Source of the DNA: Octopus bimaculoides
Taxonomy: Eukaryota
Length of the DNA: 54,487 bases
Reading direction: 5' to 3'
Assembly (NCBI RefSeq): GCF_001194135.2
Contig: NC_068981.1
Span: 111,944,073 to 111,998,559 of the forward strand
The notes beneath the pieces were generated by a model. It was given only the letters and a program-made list of their open reading frames with translations. It made no database searches and was not told where the DNA came from. This document shows positions 10,622 to 22,809 of the stretch, one piece after another (position 1 is the stretch's first letter; each line of letters starts with the position of its first letter). The translations under genes were made by a program, and so were the position numbers.

Positions 10622-13600
10622 GATGCCATGTTAGGTACAGACACGAGACTGAAATGACTAGAAGGAATCAGTTGCTCTCTGCAGCCTGAAAGATATTTCA
10701 TCAGCCAAGGAACAAGAATGGCTAAGTGTGCTGCCCAGGTAGACAAACTTGTCTACCACTTTCAGTATTGTTCCTTCAACTAAGATAGCTGGTTCCACAT
10801 ATGGATTTCCTAGTGCGGGCTGGAACATTGCAACAATTTTGTGCAGGCTAATGCTGAGTCCAAATACCTTGCAAGAAGCAGAAATATCATTCATAAGTAT
10901 TTGCATGTCATCCACTGTATGAGTGACTAAGTTACAGTCATCTGCATAAAGGAGGTTATGAATAAGAGACTGGAAAACTTCTGAATTGGCAGCAAATCGG
11001 TGCAGATTAAAGAGGCGACCATAAGATCGATACCTGACATTTATTCCCAGAGGATTAACCTTAGCAAAAGCATGAGGAAAAGCAGCAGCAAAGTACAAAG
11101 AAAAGAGAGTTGGGGCAAGGATGTCACCCTGCTTGACACCATTCTCTACAGGAATGGGTCCCGCCATGCCACCACTAACATAGACCCAAGCCTCCATCCC
11201 ATCATGAAATGATTTACCATAAATCCTCGAGTATAATCCGCATTTTTTTCCCAAAATTTAAAGGTCAAAATCCTCAGTGCGTACAATATACGAGGTTAAA
11301 AATGAAAAATATTTTCTAAGCAATGCCCGAGTCTCTATTTGCTGTCCAGCAATGTTTATTCAGACACATTTTGTGCTGTCGGGCATGAAAATACCTTAAG
11401 CTAAGCATGAAAGCAATGAAGTCATAAAAGAATCACCCATAACTTGTAGTAAGCAACATTTATTAAAATAAAAGTATTCAGAACACAGAATAACAGGTAA
11501 CAAAAACAATTTGCAAAGATATTTACATGCCCATAAAATGCCTTATAGATCTTATTCAGCTATGTTTAAACTTGAAGAGCATAGTAATAGGGCCGCCTGA
11601 AGAAAATCTGATGTTGACGAAAGCAATGTTAGGTTGTGGAAAAGAAATAAAGATGAAATTACACAGATGCCAAAGATAAAGAAGGCAAGAAGGGGGAAAA
11701 AGCTGTTCACTAAAGGTGGAAGGGTTCGCGCTCCCGACCTGACTTTGATATGCAAATTGATCGTGTATGCATGGAATGAACTTGATTCCCAGATTATTGT
11801 GAAAAGTTTTATCAAATATTGTATGTCATCTGCACTGGATGGTACTCAGGATGACGTTGTATGGAAAGATGAAATACATGAAAGTGAATCTTCTGATGTT
11901 GACTATGAATCTGACGATGACGGAGATTTACACTACAATGATGCCGACATGTTTATGGAGGAACAAATGGAACAGTTATTTGATGCTGAAAGTGACGTTG
12001 AATTTGAAGGATTTGAATAAATGTTTTTGCTTTTGCTTTTGCAACTGATTGTGATAAATATGTAAAGGCAATTTACTTAATATTTATTTTTCACTGACGT
12101 TATTACTGTTATTTCTTTATTTTCTGTAAACAAAGTGCACAAAAAAGCTACACGTTTGCATTATGTTATATATACAATAATAATAAAGGACGTTATCGTA
12201 TATATGTCTACAAACCAAGGACGTTATATAGACATCCTTGACTCAAGTTAGAGAAAAGGTGTGTATTATACACAAGGTTTAGGTTTTTCAGAGGTACAGC
12301 CCCCTAAAAATCCCCTGCGTATTATACTCAAGGGCGGACTATACTCGATGATTTATAGTAATTATAGATATAAAGTGATCTGGACATCCAAGTTTGCCAA
12401 GTATTTTCCACAGCAAGGCCCTATTCAGAGTAACAAAGGCCTTGGTTAAATCAATGAATATCTGGACAAGATCCATATTCTGCTCATAGCACTTCTCCTG
12501 TGAAAATCATAACATGCTCTGAAAATCATATCCATTGTCCCTCTGCCAGATCAGAAGCCACATTGTGATTCAGATAGGACATCATTTACGAGACACCCAT
12601 TCAGGTGGGTAAAAAGAATATTTGCCAGTACCTTGCCAGCAGCTCTACCTATGTGGTTACTTCACATAATTCTGGCTCCTTTTCCTTTATAGAGAGAAAG
12701 AACAATTGCATCCTTCCAGTCTTTAGGCATTGCACCATCCCTCTAGACTCATGAAGGGACTGTATGATATAATCACCACCAAATTGCAAAACGTCAGCAC
12801 AAATTCCATCCCTTCCCAGTGCCCTACCCAAGATTCAATTTTCTTATGGCTATCATTACCTCATCTATTGAGGGAGTGGAATTTAAGGAGCCAATGATAG
12901 GTCTTTGTTGCATAGTATCAATTACTGTTTAATCCACAACTGACTCATGGTCCAGGAGTTCAGAGAAGTGTTCAATCCAGCAACCTGTGATTTCTGTTGA
13001 TATAGTAAATAGAGTAGAAGACTCCTTGGAAAGCAAAGGAGCTGATGCAGAACTCTTAGACCCATAAACTTGCTTCATAAGATGGTAAAACTTCTTGCTG
13101 TCATTTGTATCAGCAGCAGCCTGAACATCACGAGCAAAATCCTCCCACCAAGTGTTCTGCATCTTCCTGAGAGATCACTGCAGTAGTGATTTTACACTGC
13201 TATAGTGGGCAAGTGCTAGATTTCACTGCACAGCTGAAAGTCCTCTGTGCAGCAATACATTGTGGGCATGGTGCTTTACAACCAGTAGTCACTGAACTTC
13301 AGCATTATTTTCATCAAACCAGTCTGTGTGTGTGGCAGTAGCATATCCCAGTGTTTCAGCAGCACATTGAAGAACCTGGTCTCAAAAATCTCCCCATACT
13401 GTAGTATTTTCAATGCCGGACAAGCGAGTCTGAAGCTCTTTCCTCAACACTGCATCATATATCTTGTGGACATTCAGATGCTGAGGAATGCTAACTGGCC
13501 CCCTTTCACTATAATCATCATCCAAAACTTTGTTTGCACCAGACTGTGGTCTGTCCAGCATTCCGTTCCATGAAAAGACTTTACACATGTCATAGATGTC

Positions 13601-15150
13601 ATGCTTGCAGATGATTACATAATCCAGCAAGTGCCAAACTTTAGACCTTGGATGTATCCATGTTGTATGATCACCTTTCTGCATACAGTGAGTGCTTGTG
13701 ATGTGAAGTCCATGTTCATTGTAAAGTTCCAGCTGCATGAGACCATAGCTATTCATTTTCCCTACACCAAAACGTCCTAGAGAGTTCAATGTTTGTCCGT
13801 CTGTTCCAACCCTGGCATTGAAATTCCCCTGTTGAATGACTTTATGAGAATTGAGGATTTTCCTAAGTATGGCTCTCAGCTGGGTATAAAAAATAGTATT
13901 ATCTTCATCACGATTAGTCAAAGTAGGTGTATAGGTACTTATTAGAGTAGCAAACCACCCACCTTTCAGGTGCAATCGTAGTCATTAGACATACATTTAT
14001 AGGAACAGGAAGATCCTCCAACTTCTTAAGGATATCAGATTGAACTGCAGCCTCTCTGCACTCCTCCATCAGTCTTGCCTTCCAAAAAAGGTGTATCCAC
14101 CTCCAACTTCCTCAAGCTGACCATCACCTTCTATACAAGTCTTTGAAAGTGCAGCTATATGAATGTTATAGTGGCTTAGCTCGTGAGCAACAAGTGCAGT
14201 GAGTCTTTGAGGCCTACAGTCACTCTTGTTAGCCAACAGAGTGTGCACATTCCAACATGAAATGTTCAAGTTCCATCCAGATTTTGTAAAAAAAAAGTCT
14301 CTTTGTTTTTCGAGTGCAGAGTGGACATCTGTCAGTCACACTAAACTGACTAGATATAAAAAAACAGGCAATTTTTGGTTCACCTTTTCTAGAACCTACC
14401 TGACTTCCAAGTGAGCAGTGCCCTCTCCAAATGGAACTGCTCAGACACCCATGCAGCAACTGAATTTTATTGCTGTCTTGGCTGACAAGGAGACGACTTT
14501 ATATTTAGTATGGGCTGCCTATGTGCAGGTCATTGACTACATGCTTCCAACCCGTGAGTACATTTCAAGCAGAGGTCAGCAATATCTGTGCAGAGTTTTA
14601 GGTTCAATAAGGCTTGCACTACACATCATAGACCCTCTCCACTCTATTGACATTACCCAGAGACAAGCCAGAGTGAGTTGTCTGGTGCCAATATGAGTCA
14701 CAGGCTCAGGGATGTGGGAGCGTCACAATCTCTAGCACACACCAAAGATCCCCAAAATGTCCAATGCCATTCCTTGCCATTCCCAGTGGTCTTCTAGCAT
14801 GCTGGATACCATCCTGGAATTTCTGTGTACTCGTGCTATTCTTAGATAGCTGTTGAGCCTGCACTAGGTTTATCCGACCTTTCAACAGGTCTTGTTTTTA
14901 ATCCTGCTGGGTTTCTAGCAACCCTCCTTAACAGGATAGCCTGGTGGGGGTGCTGGTTTAGTCGCCGACAACCCGACCATGCAACAGGTTGTACTGGTTT
15001 CCATGTTACCAGTGGCACTTATGAGAGCCTCATAAGTGACCTGACATAGCACTTGGTATAACACTAGTGTAACAATAATTGGGTACCCTCCCAGCAGTAT
15101 ATTGGATAGATACTATCCCTTAGTGGGTTGGATCCTCAACCCCTAACTCT
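10622..15150 (-). mobile_element. Degenerate RTE (BovB-like) LINE, 3'-truncated, with a pogo insertion
   Basis: APE MNISCWNVHTLL and FNARVG...HLLDYVI; RT GVKQGDILAPTLFSLYF...LLYADDC. Many stops. The boundary of the putative 5' UTR (14330-15150) is approximate. Confidence 0.85.
11217..12358 (+). mobile_element. Internally deleted pogo-family DNA transposon
   Basis: TIRs C(C/T)ATAAATC(C/A)TCGAGTATA(A/G)TCCGC with a TA target duplication (11215-16 and 12359-60). Removing it restores the RTE frame GCPDHFISII-KSFHDG. Encodes an N-terminal piece (RSYSAMFKL...NRAA*RKSDVDESNVRLWKRNK) fused to the C-terminal AWNELDSQIIVKSF...ALDGTQDD and an acidic tail; no DDE core. Confidence 0.88.
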
Positions 15151-15164
15151 CTTGGATTATATAT

Positions 15165-15473
15165 ATATCAGTACCGCCTGACTGGCTCCTGTAGGATTTT
15201 CGAGCGAGATCGTTGCCAGTGCCCCTGGACTGGCTTGTGCGGGTGGCACATAAAAGACACCATTTCGAGCGTGGCCGTTTTCGTGCGGGTGACACGTAAA
15301 AGCACCCACTACACTCTCTGAGTGGTTGGCGTTAGGAAGGGCATCCAGCTGTAGAAACTCTGCCAAATCAGACTGGAGCCTGGTGTTGCCATCCGGTTTC
15401 ACCAGTCCTCAGTCAAATCGTCCAACCCATGCTAGCATGGAAAGCGGACGTTAAACGATGATGATGATGATGA
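15165..15473 (+). mobile_element. 5'-truncated RTE-X 3' UTR copy
   Basis: Matches the 3' UTR of the 3848-7862 element and ends GCGGACGTTAAAC(GAT)n. Confidence 0.9.
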
Positions 15474-15580
15474 TAATAATAATAATAATATTAGGGATAA
15501 AAATCCAAATTTACAGGTAAAAACTCGATTAAATTCAATTTATCAAAAATTAAAATTAAATTAAGTTTCACAGTATAAAA
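15474..15580 (-). mobile_element. Terminal fragment of the AT-rich PLE-associated element at 30050
   Basis: ATAATAATATTAGGGATAAAA(A)TCCAAA.TTACAGGTAAAAACTC.ATTAAA.TCAATTTAT.AAAAATTAAAATTAAATTAAG.TTCA.AGTATAAAA also occurs at about 30055-30150. Confidence 0.75.
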
Positions 15581-15584
15581 CATG

Positions 15585-18350
15585 AAAGCCATGTTGCATG
15601 TTTGTGAGAAGGTTGTTTTCTTCTAGGAATGTGATCAGCCTTTTTTTGACGATGCATTCCATTGTCTTGCTAACATGTGAGGTCAGAGAGATGGGCCTGT
15701 AGTTTTAGCATCTGCTCTGCTCCCTCCTTTATGGACAGGGCATACTATACCCTCTTTTAACATGTTGGGAAGTTTACCACATGCAAGGAAACTCTGAAAG
15801 AGTATCTGCAGTGGCTTTGCAAGAGCCTTTTTACATATCCGGGAGTCCATCTGGGCCTGTGGCTGAGTTTGATCTCATCTCATCAATGGCCAGTATTACA
15901 TCCTCTTCTGTTATGTTGATGTAATCGATGGTTGCCTCTTTTCCAAATAGATTCATTACATTGAAAAACTCCTTCAGCTTGTTTATTTGCATATTTTCCA
16001 GTGGAGAAGTGAAAACACTTCGGAATTGTTTATTTAATGTTTCACTTATCTTCCCCGGGTCTGTAGTTAGTGAGCCATTTTTACCAAATAGTGGCCCTAT
16101 CTTATAGCGTACAGAAGCAGACTCTTTGCTAATGTCTAGAAGGCTGTAGGATTTCTTTTTATATTTTTGACTGCCCAGGTTTCTCATTTTTCTCTTTCTT
16201 TTTCATAGGAGATTTTGAGTTTATTTTCTATCTTGAAGAGTTCTTTTGTCAGGTGGGATTTCACACTGTCATTAAGGTGTTTGTTTAAACAATTCAAGAT
16301 CTTTATTCTCCATTGCATCAGTATTCTCCTGTCTCGGGAAATGATGCTTTTGTGTGTATTGGCTCCCTTCTCTGGGACATATTTAATGCATATGGCTCAC
16401 ATTATTGACATAAATTTATTGAGTTTCATATCTATATTTTGCGTAGAGAAGCTTTTAGGCCAGTCCTACTGAAGTATCTGTTTTTCAAGTGACTTCCAGT
16501 CAGCCTTATAGAAATTTAGGCTGGATAGGGTTTGAGTGCCATCTGAGCGGAGTTTATCTTTAGTTATTTTCGGGTCATACATTGTCAGTTTTATCATGTT
16601 ATGGTCTGAGAATATTGTCGGTGATATATTTACATTGTGGATAATTTCCACATTGTTTGTTAAACACAGGTCCAGGATATTTTTGTGCCTGGTTGGAGAG
16701 AGTATGATCTGCTCCATGAATAGCATTTTCATAAGATCAAGTAGAGATTCTGCTTGATTTTGCTCTTTGTGCATCACTCCTGATTTTGGTGAAGTTGAAG
16801 TCACCCATCAGGAATATAGTAGTACATTGATCCAATTGTGTTTGTACTTCCTTTATCCCACTAAGGCTTTCAAATTTTCCATCACGATTTGAGGCATCAG
16901 GTGGATGATATAGTGTGCACATCACTATATCAAGTTGCTTTAGATGTACTATGAGTGTGTCACACACTGAGTTCGAGTTCAATAACAGGGTTAATGGTGT
17001 GACATCCTCTCGGATGTGCATTGCAACTCCACTGTGACTTCTTTTTCTTCTGTCTGTATGGAAGATAGCATACATTGGTATGTGTATCTCCGCATCTCTT
17101 ATGTCTGCTGATAGATGTTTCTGAAAGTGCATTGCATATAGCTTGATTACATGCAGAAAGATTCTTCAGGTGCTCAATTTTGCATTTGCTGCTGTTCTGC
17201 AGCAGACCTCTTATAGTCATCAGTAGAAATGGCATTAGTGTTGGTGTGTTGGGTGGTTTGGTGGCAGTGGTGGCCATCTGGGGTCCATCAATTGTGGTAG
17301 TCTTGTGTGTGAGGGTACATAGCTCAGCTTTGTCTGTAGTCATGACAACTGTTGCACTATTTCCTGTGCCACACTTAAAAAATGTTCTTGCTCAACTGCT
17401 GCAGCTTTTACTGCATCTGCATATGACTTCCATCTGGCTTTTTTGTCTGCAGGTTTGTGCTGGGATATAGATTTTTTAAAGTGTGGTTGTTTCCTTCATT
17501 GGGTGAGTGGTGGATTTGCTCCAGCACTGGGTGCACAAACTGGCAGTTTGTCCCTCTCTCTCTCCATGCCAGCAGACACCTCTTTTGTGGAACTTGTAGA
17601 TAGACCATTATCTCTGAGAGGGTCTGATTTGGAATTTTATTTTATAACCATTTTCATTTGGCTTTTGTCTGGTGTCTTTGGGAGGTGTTGGGACTGTGGC
17701 TGTTCACACTTTTCTTGTTTCCTTCCTTGTTCCGTGTTTTAACTTTGGCATCCATGTTGCTACTGCTTTCTGTGTGAGGTTTCTCAAAGGTAGTGTCATC
17801 ATTTTTTCACCACTTTTGAAAATGATGTCCAGTTTCTCCAGGTGTAGCTGTATGAGCACATAAGATCGGATGAACTCATTCTTCTTCCACTCTGTTTGTG
17901 CCACTGATATGGAGAAACCATTGCTCTTCAGGGCAGCTTTAATCAAATTATTTGGCGAATTGCCTTCTGCAATTTCTCAGGCACATAGGAACAATCCTAT
18001 CGCTGTAGACTTCCAGTTTCTTGTTATCTTCCTTATAGTGTATGGTTGTGGTGTTATATGCAGTGAGTTTTTGAGTGCAATTATGGAGAAAGCAGGGTGT
18101 GATGAGAGATTGCGCAGAGGGGAGTGAGAGGACAAACAGGAAGGTCGAGGCAGAGAAGGGGAAGAGAAGAGATTAAGAGGGAAGTAGAGATGAGGGCAGG
18201 CTAGGTATGCAGGGGAGAGGATGGGCAGGTAACGGTGGGGATTGGGTTGTAGGTGTGAGTGGATGGAGATGGGGGAGAGGGAGTAAGTGGGAGTGAGAGA
18301 GGAGAAAGAGAGAGGAAAATAGGATATGTATTTGGAAAGAGTGAGAGAGA
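15585..18350 (-). mobile_element. Degenerate CR1/Jockey-group LINE (ORF1 remnant, APE, start of RT), 3'-truncated
   Basis: LYHPPD...FLMGDFNF, ILDLCLTNN...FSDHNMI, FYKADWK, SATGPDGLP, RPISLTSHVSKTMECIVKKRLITFLEENNLL.NMQHGF. Clade assignment is by motif style only. Confidence 0.78.
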
Positions 18351-18670
18351 GCAAGAGAGAGAGACTAGATACACATTTACTTTAATAAAGAGAGGGGGAG
18401 GAGGAGGAGGATGTATAGCTAGGGTCTGAGTGAGATGTAAAAGTCTTTGAAAAAAGAGCAAAGTGATGGAGAGAGAGAGAGAGAAAAAAATATATATATA
18501 TTTGGAGAAAGTGAGAGAGACAGGGAGAGAGAGACTAGATACACATTGATTCTAGGACAGAGAGGAGTATGTATTGCTAGTGTTTCAGTGAGAGAGTAAG
18601 TAAATTTATTTGGAGAAAGTGAGAGAGAGGGGGAGAGAGAGAGACTAGATACAGATTGATTGCGGTATAA
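18325..18670. repeat. Three purine-rich repeat units at the 5' side of the CR1-like LINE
   Basis: TATTTGGA(G)AAAGTGAGAGAG...GAGAGAGACTAGATACA(C/G)ATT at about 18330, 18500 and 18608. Confidence 0.7.
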
Positions 18671-19307
18671 AAAGTGAGTTGGGGATGTATTGTTTGTAAG
18701 TGAGAGGGGTATGTATATTTGTAAATAAGTGCATAGTGATTGAGAAAAAAGAAAGTGGAAGTCACATGAGATATATATATTCCAGCCTGGTTTGGTTTGT
18801 TTTTGTCTTGTAAGCTCCTGAAAGAATAGTGAATTCTTCGAATAGAGAAGAAACACTTGCCTAACTTATAACCAAAATAAATGAATGGGTTAGAAGAAAT
18901 AGAAAGCCAGTATTTATCAGACCTCATTAGAAACAAAAATATATAACCAAAGAAGAGAAGGAAAGAAAAGAAAATAGATAATGTCATCACCTAGGTAAGA
19001 AACAAACACAAAATACAGAAAGGGAAGATCGATAACTTACAACTTTTTTTGTTTTTTTCGGGACCTTTCATTAATTTAATTATAGAAAATGCACGTATAC
19101 TTATTTTATCTTATCTCAAGTTTTTCTTAATATTGTGCTGGATATCAGGAATTTTCTCTACTTTCCTGTAAGCACGTGGAGGAAGTTCTTGATCGAAGAA
19201 ACAGCAATGTTTTGACTTTGTGTTTTATTAAAGATTCTTCCTGCTCAGTATATTTATGAAGGTGACTTAAAATATATCATAATTTTATAGATATATTGTA
19301 TTCTAGT

Positions 19308-19401
19308 ATACTTTCCTGATCAGTTTACTGTTTTCTTTGAAATATTTTTAAGGGTTTTCGGGAGCACAAGAAAACACTTCTGAACCATACGAAACCGGAA
19401 G

Positions 19402-19404
<3 letters not shown>
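19308..19404 (+). ncRNA. Decayed hammerhead ribozyme motif
   Basis: ATACTTTC-CTGATCA (G8C)...CCATAC-GAAA-CCGG-AAGTAT. Helix I partners ATACTT/AAGTAT are present; the cleavage triplet appears deleted. Confidence 0.4.
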
Positions 19405-19461
<57 letters not shown>

Positions 19462-19569
19462 NNNNNNNNNNNNNNNNNNNNNNNNNNNNNNNNNNNNNNN
19501 NNNNNNNNNNNNNNNNNNNNNNNNNNNNNNNNNNNNNNNNNNNNNNNNNNNNNNNNNNNNNNNNNNNNN

Positions 19570-19620
<51 letters not shown>

Positions 19621-19670
19621 AATACACACAGACACACACACACACATATATATATATAGATATGCATATA

Positions 19671-19726
<56 letters not shown>

Positions 19727-19729
19727 CAT

Positions 19730-20117
19730 ACATATGCATATGTGAGTACAGGATGTCACCAACAATAAACAACATGAAATATGAAAACAAATGAATTCAA
19801 TATGCAAACAAGAGAAACAAATGGAAAACAAGACAAGTAAAACTCAGGAACGGCCCTTCATCAGTTGTCAGCTGTCTGTCTATTCCTCATTTTGAGAATT
19901 GAACAGCAATATGAGTCGTCGAAGGTAGTTACTTCCATAAGTACCAAAATAAAATTTTGGATTTATGGAGGGTCAAAGTTGGGAACAAAAACAGGACAGT
20001 AGAGACATACAAGGAAACCGAACAAAAACAAACATTTGGTTGTGTTTGAGTATTGAACTCATTTGTTTTCGTATTCCATGTTTACTGTTGGTAACGTCCT
20101 GTAATCATATATGCATA

Positions 20118-20120
<3 letters not shown>
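19730..20120. mobile_element. MITE-like element with about 80-bp inverted termini, embedded in (TA)n
   Basis: 19730-19810 is an imperfect reverse complement of 20043-20120 (CATATGCATAT.TGA.TACAGGA.GT.ACCAACA.TAAAC...GAAAACAAATGA.TTCAATA). Confidence 0.75.
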
Positions 20121-20162
<42 letters not shown>

Positions 20163-21030
20163 TATAATATAAATTTGACATGAGCTAGCGTTGTATTCTT
20201 TCTTGTCTTGAGGTTCACAGCCAAACGGCTGGGTGGATTTGCGTGAAAAATGGTACACATGTGGAGACAGGTGCATAGATTGGAATGCGGTTTGTATTTT
20301 TTTCCTAGCCCCACAGTTACCGAGAAAATCGATTAAAACAACCTGCGTGTGTGCGAATGTGTGTGTGAGTGTGTGTCACTGAAGCCATTCATACATACAT
20401 ACATGCATAACCACTCTCTCTCTCTCACTCTGTCATTCACCCACTACAAAAACTGAATGAAAAAAATTTCAGCTATCTCTCTTTCTCTCTCTCTCTCTCA
20501 TATACACACACACCATCAACATTACTCTCTCTGTCTCTTCACACACACTCACAAAAGCAATTCATATGCACACTACACATTCTGTCTTGCACACCCCTTC
20601 AAACAACGCATGCACATCAATTCTTCCATCTCACACAACTTCAAAAGAACTTCACTGATACAATCGCGCTCTTTTTGTCTCTTTCGCTTTCATGCCAACT
20701 TCAAAAGATCCCCTTTTTTCCCCAACCACATATTAAAAATATATTTTCACTTGTCTGAACATTGCTATTACAGACAAATTCACAACAATTCAACTTGAGA
20801 GATAGACACAAACCACCTCATGCTGACTGCAAAACTGCCACCAAATTATCTGCAAAAACACACACACATACACACGTCCATTTCATGTATCTTCTTTTAA
20901 TTTCTGCTCTCTGATTAGACAAACATCTAATACAATAGCTCTCAGCTATATTTTGTTCTTTAAAAAGGTACGTGTCTATTTTTTCTATAAGCTTATAACA
21001 ATGACTTATTCCATACTTCAGCACAATCGT

Positions 21031-21093
21031 TGTGCTGAAGAACCACAGACGTTTTTACGTAAGTAAAAAAGTTAATGGCAAAACCGGTACACA
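21031..21093 (+). ncRNA. Decayed hammerhead ribozyme motif (G12A)
   Basis: TGTG-CTGAAGA-ACCA...TGGC-AAAA-CCGG-TA-CACA. Helix I is TGTG/CACA with an ACCGGT palindrome. GAAA to AAAA is consistent with CpG decay of TGGCGAAA. Confidence 0.55.
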
Positions 21094-21361
21094 GTTAATT
21101 CTGTATTTTGTATAGTTTTCATTTTGTCTTGCCCGCTTATGTTCTGGTGTTTGCGAAATCTTTTTCTGGAGAACATTATATTTCTTTGTGGTTGGGTCGT
21201 TGATGACCTCTTTCTAGCATATCGGATGTCCACTTAGTGGTCATCCCTTCTTATACGCATGTAATACAATTTTTCTGAATTTTCAGATTTCTTTATATGC
21301 TAGGCCACTTGGTTTTAAATTGATGTTAATTGAATTAGTATTCAATTTATCACCCTCAATA

Positions 21362-21730
21362 TCTATATATATAAAAATGAGAACGTGTGTCTGAAAGTCT
21401 GTCTGTCTGTCTGTCTATCTGTGTGTGTGTGTGTGTGTGTTTCCCTAAAACTCGAGAACTACACAACCAATTTCATTCAAATGTTACACATGCCTTACTT
21501 AGGGTCCTGGTTGTGTTTTAATCAAAAAAAAAATGTTTAACTTCTTGCATAGTTCAAGCCCACAGCAACATAATATCTCCTCCACTATTTAAGAATTACG
21601 TGTCAAAAGTGAAACAAAAACACTCATGTCAAATACTTTCACTTTAAAAATGAAACTATTCCACTAACTGAAACAATCACATTTCGATACTGTAATGACA
21701 GATACTTTCACTTTAATGGTTTCAGAGAGA
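21362..21730 (+). mobile_element. Non-autonomous Helitron-like element, 5' part
   Basis: A^TCTATATATATAAAA 5' end followed by a (TCTG)n/(TG)n tract; body shared with 22810-23200. Confidence 0.6.
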
Positions 21731-22809
21731 GAGATGTATATGTATACGTATAGATGTATATGTACACGTATATGTATAGATATATATAGAGATATAGATC
21801 TATATGCATACATATATATGTATACATATGTGTAGATGTATATATATAGATGTACATGTAATATGTACACATNNNNNNNNNNNNNNNNNNNNNNNNNNNN
21901 NNNNNNNNGTAATATTTCTAAAATTTCTTCTTAGAAGTTACAAAGACCCCTTCATGGGGACTTCACACCCACAATTTAGTCATTTTTCCTAAGCAAAGAC
22001 GAATACAGTTGTACCATTGGAGGCTATAGGGTCACCCGAACATAACAGATGAGCATTATTTGTAATTCAACGGTACAACAGTGTAAGACTATCCTTTCAG
22101 ATATACTTACATTGTGATTTCTGCAATGTGGTGCATAAATTGTCAAGTAAATGAGACGCATCTTTGCCTCCACTGATTTACTTGCAAAGTGTTGAATAAA
22201 ATTATTTCGTTGCAGACCTCCTTTGAGTCTTTTTATTATCACTGAGTCACACATAGTCCCCAGTTGGTAACATTGATTTCAAGGCCTTCCCAGATGAGTG
22301 AGTGGTTGTTCTAAGATTGTAAATTTTTTTCTGCAGTTACCTATCCGTATAGTGGTGATTTGCAAACTCCAGAGGCAACACATTCATTTCCCTTTACTCC
22401 AAACGTCACACGTTGTTATTTCAATTGGGTCATGCCCTTCCAGTTGCTATAGATCCGTAATGCAGTCACCTGTATGGTGAGGAATCCTACATTGGGGAGT
22501 AATAATGACTACGCTCGGGTAGCCGACTGATTATCGTGATCATTCGTCTTTTGGTTTCCTGTAGTTTTACTCTCTTTTACAAACCCAGTGAACATACATA
22601 TATTTCCTATTTCAAAGAAATTCAAACAATACATATTACACACAAGTTAAAAACATTCCCAACAATTCAACTTCTCTGGTTGACATTAACACACCCACCC
22701 CCAATAGGGGCCTTAACTCCTACATTTTTCAGCTGCAAGAGCTCCATTCTTCATGAGCAAAATCCTTTTTACAGGGTCCATAACACTAGAATTTTCGAAT
22801 ATGCGCATA

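Noticed and set aside
14930-15060. Possible HDV-like ribozyme in an RTE 5' UTR (also checked about 7800-7862 and 53960-54060)
   Set aside because: RTE 5' ends are known to carry HDV-like ribozymes, but I could not assemble the P1/P1.1/P2/P3 pseudoknot by eye. An Infernal or RNArobo search would settle it.
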